Shown: positions 13,400-27,163 of the stretch, piece after piece
How the letters are laid out: each line of letters opens with the position of its first letter
Position numbering within the stretch: position 1 is the stretch's first letter
DNA from: the human T2T-CHM13v2.0 reference genome, Homo sapiens
Assembly (NCBI RefSeq): GCF_009914755.1
Contig: NC_060944.1
Strand: one strand, 5' to 3'
Length of the DNA stretch: 64,000 bases
Program-made: the position numbers and the translations under genes
Notes under the pieces: generated by a model
Database searches by the model: none
The model's input: the letters and a program-made list of their open reading frames with translations, nothing else
What the model was told of the DNA's origin: nothing

Positions 13400-13850
13400 A
13401 GCTCGCCCGTGGCCTGCAGGTCAGGAGCCCAATCCTGCCCTGGCTGCCTCGCCTCCCGACCACAGGAAACCCTCCCTCCAAAGACAGGGAGAGCGCGCGT
13501 CCACCCTCCGCAGACCCGAGGCCCGCTCCGCCCGGCCCCACCGTTCCCTCCGACGCCCGAGTGCTCAGAGCTCGCCGCCAGCCCTTCCTATAGGTTGTGG
13601 GTGCACCCGCTTCGCCTCCAGTTCGCACCAGGTCCAAGTCTCGGCGGGACCAGGGATTCACGGGCTGCAGGACCCTCACCCGGAAGAGCCTGGCGAACCG
13701 GAAGGGCGTCCAGGTAAAAAACAGGAACAGCACATGCGCAGAAAGGCCCCCGGGCCGCCTTTCCCGGGGCTCTCCCGGGCCCCGCGCCGGCTTTCCGGAC
13801 CACAGTCCCCAGAAGGCGTCGCGGCCACCGCCCTACCCTGAGGGATCTTT
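13400..13850 (-). promoter_or_regulatory. ZNF334: ZNF334 CpG-island promoter / first exon
   Basis: High GC and CpG density. ETS motifs CCGGAAG (13680-13686, 13698-13704); NRF1-like GCACATGCGCA (13730-13740); ZNF143/THAP11-like GACCACAGTCCCCAGAAGGC (13798-13817); minus-strand donor CCGG|gtgagg at 13679. Confidence 0.85.
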
Positions 13851-14325
13851 GAGGAGCTTCTGCTTTAACTACAGAGTTTAGGTGACTGCTGTGAATCATC
13901 AATACGAAAAGTAAAGTTTCATATCCGTTTCACCGAAGTCTATAGATGAGAAAGGAAAATTCTGCGAAATGAAAATGACTGCTAAAGATATTCCAGCAGA
14001 ATATAATACTAACGACCTGCAGAAAATTTCTCCCAAACAGGATACAAAATCATTGCTGGCTTTCAATACGTGAAGGTTGAAAATAAATCAGAATATCTCT
14101 GAAGAAAATGATCTATTAGCCGTAACCCCAATTCCCAGAGATATCCGAGTTTAACATTAGGTGCACATTCTTCTGACAGCTTTACAAAGAGGAACTCATA
14201 TAGGTCTAGTAATTTGTTATTTTTTAAATTAGCAATATAGTTAATATACTTTAATACCACGAATTATCTCATATACATTGTGAGTAATATAGAAAATAGT
14301 TTTACATCCACAAGGAAAATACATA

Positions 14326-14669
14326 CAATCATGCATGGTTTAACGATGGGGATACACTCTGAGAAATGTGTCTTTAGGCAATCTCGTCTTTGTGTGAACA
14401 TCATGGAGGGTTCTTACACAAATCTAGACAATATAGTCTACTACACACCTAGGCTGTATGGTATAGCCTATTTCTCCTAGGCTACAGGCCTGTGTGGCAT
14501 GTCACTGTCCTGAATACCATATGCAATGGTAACACAATGGTATTTGTGTATGTAAACATATCTAAACATAGGGAAGGTGCAGTAAACGTACAGTATTGTA
14601 ATCTTATGAGACCACAGTTGTATATGCAGTACATCGTTGACTGGAACATTCTTATATTATGCATGACTG
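14326..14669 (+). mobile_element. Full-length Tigger3a (MER7A)-like TcMar MITE
   Basis: TA|caatcatgcat...atgcatgactg|TA terminal inverted repeats with TA target site; internal ctactacacacctaggct motif. Confidence 0.8.
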
Positions 14670-14794
14670 TATATGAATTGTATACATATTGAATAAATAG
14701 AACTTTATAAAACTTTACTCATTGGAAGGCATGAAAGTTTCTGACAAAGTTATAATGTATTATTATTCAATTCCAGAAAAGAACAATTAGCGAC

Positions 14795-15330
14795 TGGTGG
14801 TAGCTAGTCTTCAAAGATGGCCCCCAATGAACTAAACTTCCCAGTATTCCAGGCTTGTATATTTCCCTCCCACGTTGACTTTGACTGACTCTGTGACTCT
14901 CTTTAACCAAAAGAATGCGTCAGAAGTCACACTGTGCCAGTTCCAGAAATAAGCCATACAAAGTCCTGGCAGCTTCAGCTTTGCCCTTTGAAGAGTCCTT
15001 AGACGCTGTGTAAGACATGCAGTTAACCTGTTAGACCAAGTGGAGAAACCAGGAGAAGTAGGAAGTGAGAGGCCCTGAGACCACATGGAAAAAGAGAGGC
15101 CCATCTTTCCTAGCAATGCAGCTATCCCAGCCTTCCAGTCATCCTTGCCTAGAGACATCAGACATATGAGTGAACATTCTAGGCCAGTGAAGTTCCTGGA
15201 TGACTTCAGCTCCAGATGAAATCATATAGCTGATGCCAGTAAACATACAGACTACAAGAAATAATGAATTTTATTATTTTAAGCCTCTAAGTTTTGGGTG
15301 GTTTGTTACACAGCAATAGCTAGCTAAGCA
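14795..15330 (+). mobile_element. MaLR LTR (MLT1F/G-like)
   Basis: Starts ...tcaaagatggcccccaatga; ends ttttaagcctctaagttttgggtggtttgttacacagcaatag. Confidence 0.7.
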
Positions 15331-16248
15331 CCAACAAAAGATGATTTCCAAGAATATAATATGAAAAGCTGCCATTTCAAATCATTGAGAAAGGCTTATT
15401 GTTAAATAGATTATTGAAAAAGTGATGTGGGACAACTCACTAACCATTTGGAGTAAAAAACTAAGATTCCCATCTCACACATTATAATCAATATATTTCA
15501 CATTGACATATAATTTGAAATGTTAAAAGCAAACTCACAGACTAAGTGATTTTTGCATTACTTGCTAGGGAAGCTCTTTTACTGAAATTTATTAAAGCAA
15601 AGTTTCCTAGTCATCAAGAAAATTGAATATATTTCTATTCATTCAAGTTTAGATAGTCTCAAATGTTTTGCTACTTTTGTAATTGGGAACATTTTTCTAT
15701 CTTATTTTCATTGCCATGTAAAAGTGACACTGTAGAGAAAAGTATTGATCAATTTGGCTATGAAAAATTGAAAAAATCTTGCTTCAGAAAAAAATAGATT
15801 TAAAAAGAAATAAATGGAGAAAATAAAGTGGTTTCATATATATGAGAAGGATTGGAAATAGACTCAATTTATTAACAGCTCTTAGAAATCAGTAAAGATG
15901 AGGATTCAAATTTGTTTAAAAAATGAAAAAAGAACATGAATAAGACAATTAATATAGAAGAATTGTAAAAGAGCCATAACTATACATATGAGGTAATGGC
16001 CAATAATACTCTAGAGCAAAGAAATGCAAAAAGTTTTTGATTACGTACTTTTTTGGCAGACTAATTTGGCAAAGATTAAACGGAATAATAAAGTATTGGC
16101 ATGAATTTGGAAAAAATATTTGTTCCCAGACAGGTTGGGTGGGAGTATAATTCCTATGACATTTCTAGTAGACATTCTGTACCAAAATTGAAGATTGCAT
16201 GTCCTTTATTCCAGCAACTCAGCTTCTAGGAACATCTTAATCAAATAA

Positions 16249-16588
<340 letters not shown>

Positions 16589-17361
16589 AATCATCATAAC
16601 TTTTAAAAAGGTGGAGGGAAGCAACCAAATGTCTACCAGCAATGTGAAGGTGAAGATAGAATATAAGTAGCCATTTTTAATTTATTTGATGTAATATTTG
16701 AATTACAAATATAATTTTCATATTTTTTCAGATATAACTACTTGTCTTGATATGATTTATTGAAAACATCATTTTTTGCCCACTGCTTTGCAATGTCATC
16801 TAAATTCTTACATACCTCTTGTCTATACATGTTCCTGCAAGGAACCAGAATTTAACTTTTTACAAATTAAAGAAATTTCATACATATTAACATTAATCTG
16901 CTTTTTCTAAGATTTTCTGGATGTATTTTAAATACTCTGTGAAGGGAAACCAAAAAAAAGCAAAGAAAGCACCAAAATTTGCCACTATTTTAACAGAAAT
17001 TTTATTAAATAAACAAAATTTCCAATTCTTCAAGCCTGGGTGACAGAGCGAGACTCTCAATAAATAAATAAATAATAAAAGTTACAGGGATGGAAAGCAC
17101 AAATTCAGAAAGTGGGAGTGATGATGAAACAGGTTAATTCTACTGTCATCACTTCGTTTCCAGCCACTTGAGGATACAATAGCATATATCAGCCACTGGT
17201 TCCATACATAAGCTACATCCTGGTGGACAACACCCAAAACTCTTAGGGTGTCATTCCAAAACCTCTGCCTTAGCTGAGCCTTTACTAAGCAATATCATAC
17301 TTCTATCAGGATGGCTGTTTTAGGCTGATGCCTTGTATGGTAGGATTAATTGATCCCATAG

Positions 17362-17611
17362 AGCAGTGGTCCCCAGACTTTATGGCACCAGGGACCAGTT
17401 ACATGGAAGACAATCTTTCCATGGACAGGGTTGGGGGGCATTAGATTATCGTAAGGAGTGTACAACCTACATCCCTCACGTGCGCAGTTCACAATAGGGT
17501 TCCCACTTGTATGAGGTCTAATGCTACCGCTGATCTTACAGGAGGCGGAGCTCAGGCAGTAGTGCTCTCTTGCCTGCTGCTTACCTCTTGCTGTGCGGCC
17601 CGGTTCCTAAC
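17362..17611 (+). mobile_element. MER1B-like hAT-Charlie MITE, 3'-truncated
   Basis: cagtggtcccca...ggcaccagggaccag...gcgcagttcacaatagggtt...cggcccggttcctaac. Confidence 0.7.
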
Positions 17612-18497
17612 TTTGTTGGGATAGAGATCTTGGGTCTTGGAGGTGGCAGACAGTTCCACTGGAAATAATGATGAACAAATGTCTTAACATTTAGTCCTCC
17701 AGGAGACAATTCTGGGAGCATTCCATATGCTTCTCAGAGTTCTTGGAAGAATCAAATCCCTGTTGTCCATAGCAGGGACCTTACTTTCACCTGCTTACAT
17801 TGGCGTTTCTCCTTCTTTATCTCATTATCTCCAGTCTCTCATCCCTGCTTCCTGGAATCACCTCCCAAATAAACTCTATAACCCAGGCACTGTATGCATT
17901 TTACATAACATGTACATGACATCTTACACTGTACCCTGCCCTCTCTCTTCCTAGTATTTCTGTTTCAGCCGGAAGAGGAAGCAAATGAAGATTGACTTGA
18001 AGATTAGAGAGTTGAAGTAATCTTCATTTATTCACTTTGGATGAAGATTGTAGGGTCAATATCTAGGTCCTGGTATTCTAATTACTAAATAGATACTATG
18101 TTTATGGTAAATGACTGCAGGTCTGTCTATCCTCAAAGGAAGCAGAAAACCTTGGATTCTGCTGAGTTTTTATCCAGTGGGAGATTCCCTCAAAAAAGTT
18201 TAAAGAGTGGTGGAAGACTAAAATTTGCTACTTAAAAATTATTTCTTAAGGTGTGCTATTTAGCATACCAGCTACATTGACTATCTGGGCATGGTTCAGA
18301 TGGGTTCTGTCTGTGCTTCAGGGTCTTTTGCTGTAATCCAGGTGTCAGTGTGCTTGCACCTGAGCTTTATAAGGATGTGTGAAGTGGTCTGTGGCCTGTT
18401 AGGAACCCGGCCAAACAGCAGGAGGCTGTGTTAATACTTAAAAAAAATTAGCTTTTGGTTTGGTTAATCCTTTCTATTGTTTCTTTTTGCTATTTCA

Positions 18498-18753
<256 letters not shown>

Positions 18754-18812
18754 AAAATTATCCTGTTCTTATTTTAACATCTTCAGTTAGACACAGTCAA
18801 TATAAGAATTTA

Positions 18813-19124
<312 letters not shown>

Positions 19125-19679
19125 CTAGATTTCCCTGCAAGCTTTTTTTTAGTGACCTCCACTCAAATCTACATTTTAGTTGATGAGATATACAAAAAAA
19201 CCTGATACTGCAAAAGATTATTTAATTTAAAATGTAGTAAAGGCTACAAAGGAGAAATTCACATAATACAGGAGTAGACAATGTCTGTGGGTTAGAGAGC
19301 GCTTCTTCTGGGAAGAGATATTTGGACAGTGCTCCAAAGGGTGGTGCAGAGGAGGAAGGGGAAGAACACTTGAAGCATAGTGTGAGGCGAAGAGAATTAT
19401 AAGGTGTTCCAGAGCTAAAGTAAATGAGGAGGAGAAAGACTTGCTTCCCACACTGGAGGTCTCTCTGAGTCTGGAGGTATCACAACCTCTCCCTGTTGCA
19501 AGGTCCCTGGTACCCAAAACAATTTTGTCACACACACCATCCTGCCCCTTGTGAGTCCTGCCAGCCCAGCTTTCAGGGGCCTGGCCCCTGATTCCTTCTT
19601 TTCTTATCAGCGTCATTCAGAATCCGGAATGACTCTTATTTCCACAGAGCTTCAAATCCCACCTCTCTCTGAGGTAGAA

Positions 19680-20173
19680 GACCAACAGGGCTTGTTTTCT
19701 GGTCACAACCCTGCTGATCAAAACAGGATCTGATCCAGACAGGATCAAGTGAAGAAACCAGCAGGAACCAGCAGATGGGGACAAATGTGATCCCTGGCTG
19801 CCCTCATTGCTCATAGCGTAAGATACTCCCATAGTGCCATGACAGTTTTAAAATGCCATGGCAATGGCCCAGAAGTTACCACTCATTTTCTAGAAAGCTA
19901 TAAATAACCTGCCCCTCAATTTGCATTGATCCACTCCTTAATTTACATGTAATTGAAAGTGGGTTTACATGAGTATAAATAGTTACCAAGAGTCTATAGT
20001 TTGCTGACTCAGGGCATACTGCCTATGAGTTAGCCCTGCTCTGCAAGGAGCAGTACTGTTGAATGAAAGATTGTTTTCTGATACCACCAGCTCACCTTTG
20101 AGTTCTTTCCTGGGTGAAGGCAAGAACACTCGTAGGTTAAGCCCCACTTTGGGGGCTCAGCTGTCCCACATCA
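19680..20173 (+). mobile_element. ERV1 LTR, MER41-family-like (5' boundary uncertain)
   Basis: gccatgacagttt...tgccatggcaa...agccctgctctgcaaggagcagtac...ttctttcctgggtgaag...aagcccca...catca end. Confidence 0.7.
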
Positions 20174-20599
20174 CCTTTGGTGAGAGGAGGACCAACTGTG
20201 GGGATTGTGAATTCAAACCTCCTGAAAGCTAATGTTGATGGGAGGTGAGCCAGTGAAATGGAAATGGCACCTGAGGCAAGATCCTGTCTAAGTAGAGTTT
20301 AGCCCTTTGCAGGACAGGTGCAATGAGTGCTATGAGGGAGATAAGAACAAGTACTGTGGGCAGAGAGGAGATGGCTGCTCACCCTGGACAGTGGGTTCAG
20401 AAGTAGCCTCCAGGAGGAAGCGAACATTCAGTGTGGATCTGATAGATTAGAATTGGCAGCCAAGGGTGAAGAGGATTCCTCTGGTCAGAAGGAACAGTAT
20501 GTGCAGAGGCCAGAGAGTGTGGTGCAGTTTGCCAGGTTTGAGCTCCAGTCAGGCCTATGAATGACATGGCTGGCTAGTTGGGCCTTGTTTGTTATGGTG

Positions 20600-21075
20600 A
20601 AGCATGTTGTATTTTCCAAAGATGCCCATTACAATATCTCCCATCCTACTTTCTCTTCTTACTGCATCACTCCCCCATCAAAAGGTGGACTCTATGTCCC
20701 CTCCCCTGAAACCTGGATAGACCTTCATGACTGCCTCAACTAAAAGGATATGGTGGAAGTGAGGCCACGTGACTAACAAGGCCTGGGCATAAAAGGCAAT
20801 ACAGTCTCCGCCCAGCTCTCTGTTTGAGGATGCTCACTCTTGGGACCTGGACGCCATGCCATGAGGAAGCCCAGGCTACATGAGGAGGCCATGTGTGGAC
20901 ATTGTGGGTAAAATTCCCAGCTAAGGTCCTAGCCAACAGACATGTGAATAAGAAAGCCTTCAAGAGGACTCCATCCCCAGCCACCACCTGCCTGAGTGTG
21001 GACCGCCTATAAGTGAACCTTCAGAATCATGACAGATAATAATAATAAATGATGTTGCTTTACACCAATAACCAA
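20600..21075 (+). mobile_element. MaLR LTR (MLT1G/H-like)
   Basis: ccatcaaaaggtggactctatgtcccctcccctgaa...gccatgaggaagcccaggc. Confidence 0.6.
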
Positions 21076-23056
21076 TAAAGATGGTCAAATAGTGATCAAG
21101 GAGAGGAATTCCAAGCCAAAAGAAAGGTATAGGTAGGGTTTACTACCAAACCAAAGAAGGAGGAGTTCCAGCATTGCAGGAGGGAAGGGGAGGGCAGGGC
21201 AGAGGAGGGGAGGGGAGGGAAGGAATGGAGGGAGAGGGACAAGGTAAGAAGAAGGCAGACTGGCAAGCCCACACTGGATAGTGTGGTTTCCATGAAGGCC
21301 ACTAAGTGGCAGCATTGGCACAGGCCAGTGGTTGTCAGACTGACTTTGTTGTTGCTTTGTCAGGCGACCTCGCTGTGAAGGCTCAGTGTCTGTGGCTGCA
21401 AGGTAAAGAAGGCCTGGCTGATAGCAAGTGCTGAGGAAGGCCTGGGAAGGCCTAGCTCTTGCTGATACATCAAATAATGTCAACCTCCCACAGCTGTTAA
21501 CTCGAGTCAATTCATTTGTGGTGGACGTGTTGTTTTTTCTTCTGGTCCTCCTTTTTCTCATAACAAACACTTCAATTTTCCTTTGGGGAACTATACCACC
21601 ACCACTCAGGTCTCCTGTATACACTCTCATAGGCTGTGCACTGCATAACTCCAGAGAATCCATCCATTCAGACTGTGATGAGTGGTGCCTACTGGAATTG
21701 AGGAGTGCCCAACCTGTACAACTGTCAGTAACAGCCCTTGAAAGATGGTCCAAGTTGCCCATTGTGCTCCTGGTCTAGATACAAGCACATTGTCTGAACC
21801 AAGCATATCATGGATTTGATTTTGAATCCTGAGTAGAATGTTCATCCTGTTCATACTGACATGAATGCTGTGAAGCAACTGCCCATTAGCTCCAGCTACA
21901 TGGATCTCCAGAGTTCTCCCTGGTTCTTTTCTTTTTTTGTTTTCCAACTCCAATAGAAATCAAATTCCCTTTTGATTTAGTTCGCCAGAGATGCTTTCTG
22001 TTGCTAGCAACCGGAGAACTCCAAAAAGTCACAATCTGTGCCTCAAAACTTTCTCAAGGAACCAGATTTCAGCAAAAGGTCTTGGGTATTAAGATTAAAA
22101 CTAGTCTTTATTCATTATCCATTCATTTATTCATCCAACAAATATTTTGGGGGTACCTACTATGTGCCAGGCATGGTATTAGATTAGAGGACTCAGCGGT
22201 GAAGAAGCCAGTCATGCATGGTCACTGCCTACTCAGAATCTGGTGAGAAAGACCACAGTATGTAGATGATTACAGACAGCTATAGAATTCCAAATGGGGG
22301 GAAGTATTGTGAAAGAATAGAATGAAATGCATTTTAGGCTTGCTACAAGCAAGCAGTTTCTACCTCTTATAACAGTTAATCCTCAGAACAATGCTACATG
22401 TTAAGTAATACTATAGATCCTATTTCACAAATATGTAAACTAAGCTTACGTTAAATATAAATATACATCCAATAATTTATAAATAGAAATAGAAATAGAA
22501 TTTTCCCAAGACTTGGGTCTTTCAATGCTAGAAGTGGGGCAGTCCTGGGCAAACAGGGACAAGTTGTCACTCTAATAAATAACTTGCCTGTGACCACACT
22601 GTTAGAGAGTGGTGGGGTAAGTGTTCACTTCAGGTCTAGTTTTACCCTGAAGCTCATGCACACAATGACTACCTGACAGGTGCCCTTGGATGTTGTGGGC
22701 AGTGTGTGGGGAAAGGGAGGAGAGTGGGAGAGGCTGGAGGCAAGCAGACCAAAGAGGAGACTGAGGCAATGGCCCAGCACGCAATGGTCATGGAGAAGGA
22801 AGTAACTGATTCGATGTGAGGGGTGGAGGGGGCAGGAGATCTGGGATGACCCAGGGGGTTAGGTGTAGGAGGGGGATGGAAGTGGTCTGGGAGGAGGAAG
22901 AATTCAGGTTGGCCATGTTGGGTTTGCCATCTGGGTCCAAATGCCAGTAGGCAGTTGGAGAAGAATCTCAGAGTTAGAGAATTCTTGTAGCTCAGCTGGG
23001 CATCGTAGGCACTTCAAAGATGATGCCAACAGGGTCCCTGCTCTCAGAGCTTCCTG

Positions 23057-23410
23057 TTAGGTTTTGAAGGGAAGGCGAGGGTTAAAGAAAGACACGCACA
23101 CACACAGAGGGTGGCTCAACAGCAACATAGGTATATTGCAAAAACCTGCAGAAGTAGGGGACCAGCTTAATGCCAGAGCCCTCTGCTGATTACAGGCTGG
23201 GGTACTTATAGGTATGGGGAGGAGGGGTCTGGGCAGTATGGCTTGCTGCCCAACAGGATATTGAAAAGATGTGCTTATGATCAGGTAGTCTGGCCCTTTC
23301 TCCAGTGGGATGTGAATAGGGTTTTCCTTGGACTTTTGCCCAGCAGGATATGATACGGATGTCCCTTCAGTTGGGCCCTTGCCTAGTGGGGTATGATAAG
23401 AATGCTTATA
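23057..23410. mobile_element. ERV LTR fragment (family not assigned), adjacent to an MLT1 3' end (23410-23550) and an L2 (23560-23940)
   Basis: tgttaggttttgaagggaagg start; internal imperfect repeats of caggatatga..gatgt. Confidence 0.45.
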
Positions 23411-24879
23411 GAGGCTTTCGAGGAAGCATGGCCCTACTGACAGCTTGACTTTGGACTTCGATCCTCCAGGACAGCAAAAGAATTAACTCCTGTTGTTTCA
23501 AGCCATTCAGTTTGTGTTAATTTGTTACATCATCTCTAGGAAACTAAAACACATGACATGGTCCTTCCTACCTCAGAGCTTGCGTACTTGCTACCCTGTA
23601 CCTGGAACTCTCTTATTCTGACTCGATAGATGGCTGGTTCCATCTCATCCCTTCAGATCTCCACTCAAATCTCATCTCTTCAAAGATGGCTCCTCCAAGT
23701 ATTCCAGCTAAAGTCTCTCCCTTAAGTTACTCTGTACCACAATGTCTTCTTTAATTTTCTTTATAATATTTATCACTTTGAAATTATTTTATGGATTTTT
23801 TGAGTATGTGTGTGCTGCCTGTTTCATCCCAAGAGAGTGCAGCTTATATAAGAAGCACAGCTGTATACCCAAGACCCAGACATGTCCTTTATATATTGGA
23901 GGAACTTAACAAATATTTGTTAAATGAACTGATCAAGCAAAGACTCACAATGGTCAAAAAAGGAAATTTGCACAGGGTTACACCACTAGGAAGCCACAGA
24001 GTTTTTATTTAAACACAGGCTGTCTGAGTCCAGAGCCCAAGCTCATAACTATTATGCAATTACGCTATACTAACTTTGATGCAAGGGAGAAATAAAGACA
24101 ATTTGGGATGAGGTCCTATTAATAAGGGAAGAGACAGAAAAGAGATTAATTCTAATTCAGTTATTGGGGTTGAGATATTACACAATCAGCTGGAAAATAA
24201 GGTTTGATTTGTGGAGAAGCCCTGACCTGGAAGATCAGCCTTAATTTAGGGCCAGAAGAAATCTCAGTAGAACTCAGGGTAGCTGTCCTTCACCCCTGGT
24301 GCTGAATTTAAGGTTAGTGCTTGATAAAGCCACCTCATGGCTTTTGTGTACAAGGTCTCAAGTCATTCCTCCTAGGTACTCATTTCCCCTCCACTACCTG
24401 ACCTTGTTGGGGCAACTCTTCCTTCATTGCTTCGCTTAATTCCTGAGCTGGCTTATTTAGTCCATTGGGCATCTTCCCTGTCTCCTGTCCCAGCTTCAGT
24501 CCAGTTTGGGAGAGGAAACTCCCCTTCACAGAATATCTATAAATGAACTTATAAAAGATTTGAATCTATTAATATACTATAGGATTCAGTTTACAAAGGC
24601 ATTAGAGAAAAAAATAAGAAAAAATTTCACCACTACTGGCATCGATCATTGGTTTAACTTCTGGTTTTTCTTTCAGCAGGAGAAAGGCACAGCAGCTGTT
24701 TTCAGAGAAGTTCAGCAATATCTCCTTGCTGACAAAGCTTCAATTTCAGGTCTTGCAAGTGCTTCAGATCCCCTGAGGGCTTGCTGGGACCCCTATTTGG
24801 TCTGCATTTCAGTAGTCCCTACTATAGGCCTTGGATATAAGATCCCTTTATCCCCCATCCCCTGCCAACTGAAAGAGCA

Positions 24880-25770
24880 CACAATGGTCAAAGCTAGAGC
24901 AATTCGGTAACAAAATAAAGTGGTATTAGATTATAATCCAAAGTATGAAATAAATATCATGAGCCCATACAGATAAAAAGTAAGTGACTCAATAATAAAT
25001 AAATGAGGGGAGAATAGACAAATCATATTTGCAGAATTTCAAATCATTTATGTAGCTACTTCTCCCTCAAGGAGGTAAAGCATTACTCCCCACCTCTTAA
25101 TGTAGGCAGTATCTAGTGACTTCCTCCCAAAGAGGAAGGCAAGGAAGGAAAAGATTAGCTTCACAGTGAAGGAAGCTTCTGGCAAACACTCCCTCAGCTA
25201 GGAGATGAAGGCTACATCAGCAGTGGTAAGTCATGGTGATAATATGCACCCTTGATATGATGTATTGAGAATAAAGTCTCTCCCTTTATGGGGTTACAAC
25301 CTTATTGCTTTGCAGTCTGTGGAGGAGTTTACCTCTGTGATCTTCCTCAAAAAGATCCATAACCCCAGTCTAATCACAAGAAAAACATCAGACAGATCCC
25401 CATTGAGGGAGAATCTACCTGAGCAGTATGCCTCAAAATTGTCCAGATGATCAAAAATAAGGCAAGTCAGAGAAACTGTCACTGCCAAGAGGATCCTAAG
25501 GAGATGTGATAACTAAATGTAATGTGGCACCCTGGACAGAATCCTGGGACAGAAAAAGGACATTAGATCAAAACCAAAGGAACCTGAATAAAGTGTGGGC
25601 TTTATCAAATAATAATGTATTAATGTTGGTTTGTTAATTATAACAATGTAACATAAATGTAAGATATTAATAATACAAGAAGCTGGGTGTGGGGTATATA
25701 GGAGCTCTTTCCACTATCTTCACAATTTTTCAAAAATGTAAAACTATTCTAAAATTTAAAAATTTATTTT
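24880..25770 (+). mobile_element. Old L1 (L1MC/L1MD-like) 3' region
   Basis: Typical L1M 3' UTR blocks (ccataaccccagtctaatca, gggacagaaaaaggacattag, gtaaaactattctaaaat). Confidence 0.65.
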
Positions 25771-26146
25771 GAAAAGGAGGGGGGAAACTTACTATCTCAG
25801 CTTAACAAGGAGTCTGAAGTAGGCAACAGCAGAACTGGCTGAGCCAGTAAATTATATTATCAAACACTCAGACTCTTCTCATCTTTCCCTCGTCCATCCT
25901 TAGCTTGTTAATGTTTGCCCTCAAACCTGTCTTCTCATGATTACAAGATGGCTGCCACAGTTCCAAGCATCATATTGACATGAAACCATGTTTAAAGACA
26001 CCAAGGACCATTTCTCTTTATATGTCTCTTTATCAGGAAGAAAAATCTTTTTCCAGAAGCCCTTCTGGAAGATTTCCTGTAGGCTCCATTGGCCAGGATT
26101 GGGGCACATACCCAATCCCCAGCTGCAAGAGAAGCCAGAAGAGTGA

Positions 26147-27163
<1,017 letters not shown>

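Noticed and set aside
13298-13902. Several 94-139 aa ORFs on both strands
   Set aside because: GC-rich CpG island with few stop codons; no recognisable protein features.
21085-21778. 225-aa minus and 116-aa plus ORFs
   Set aside because: They span a MER91-like relic and a G-rich low-complexity tract; no domain or splice support.
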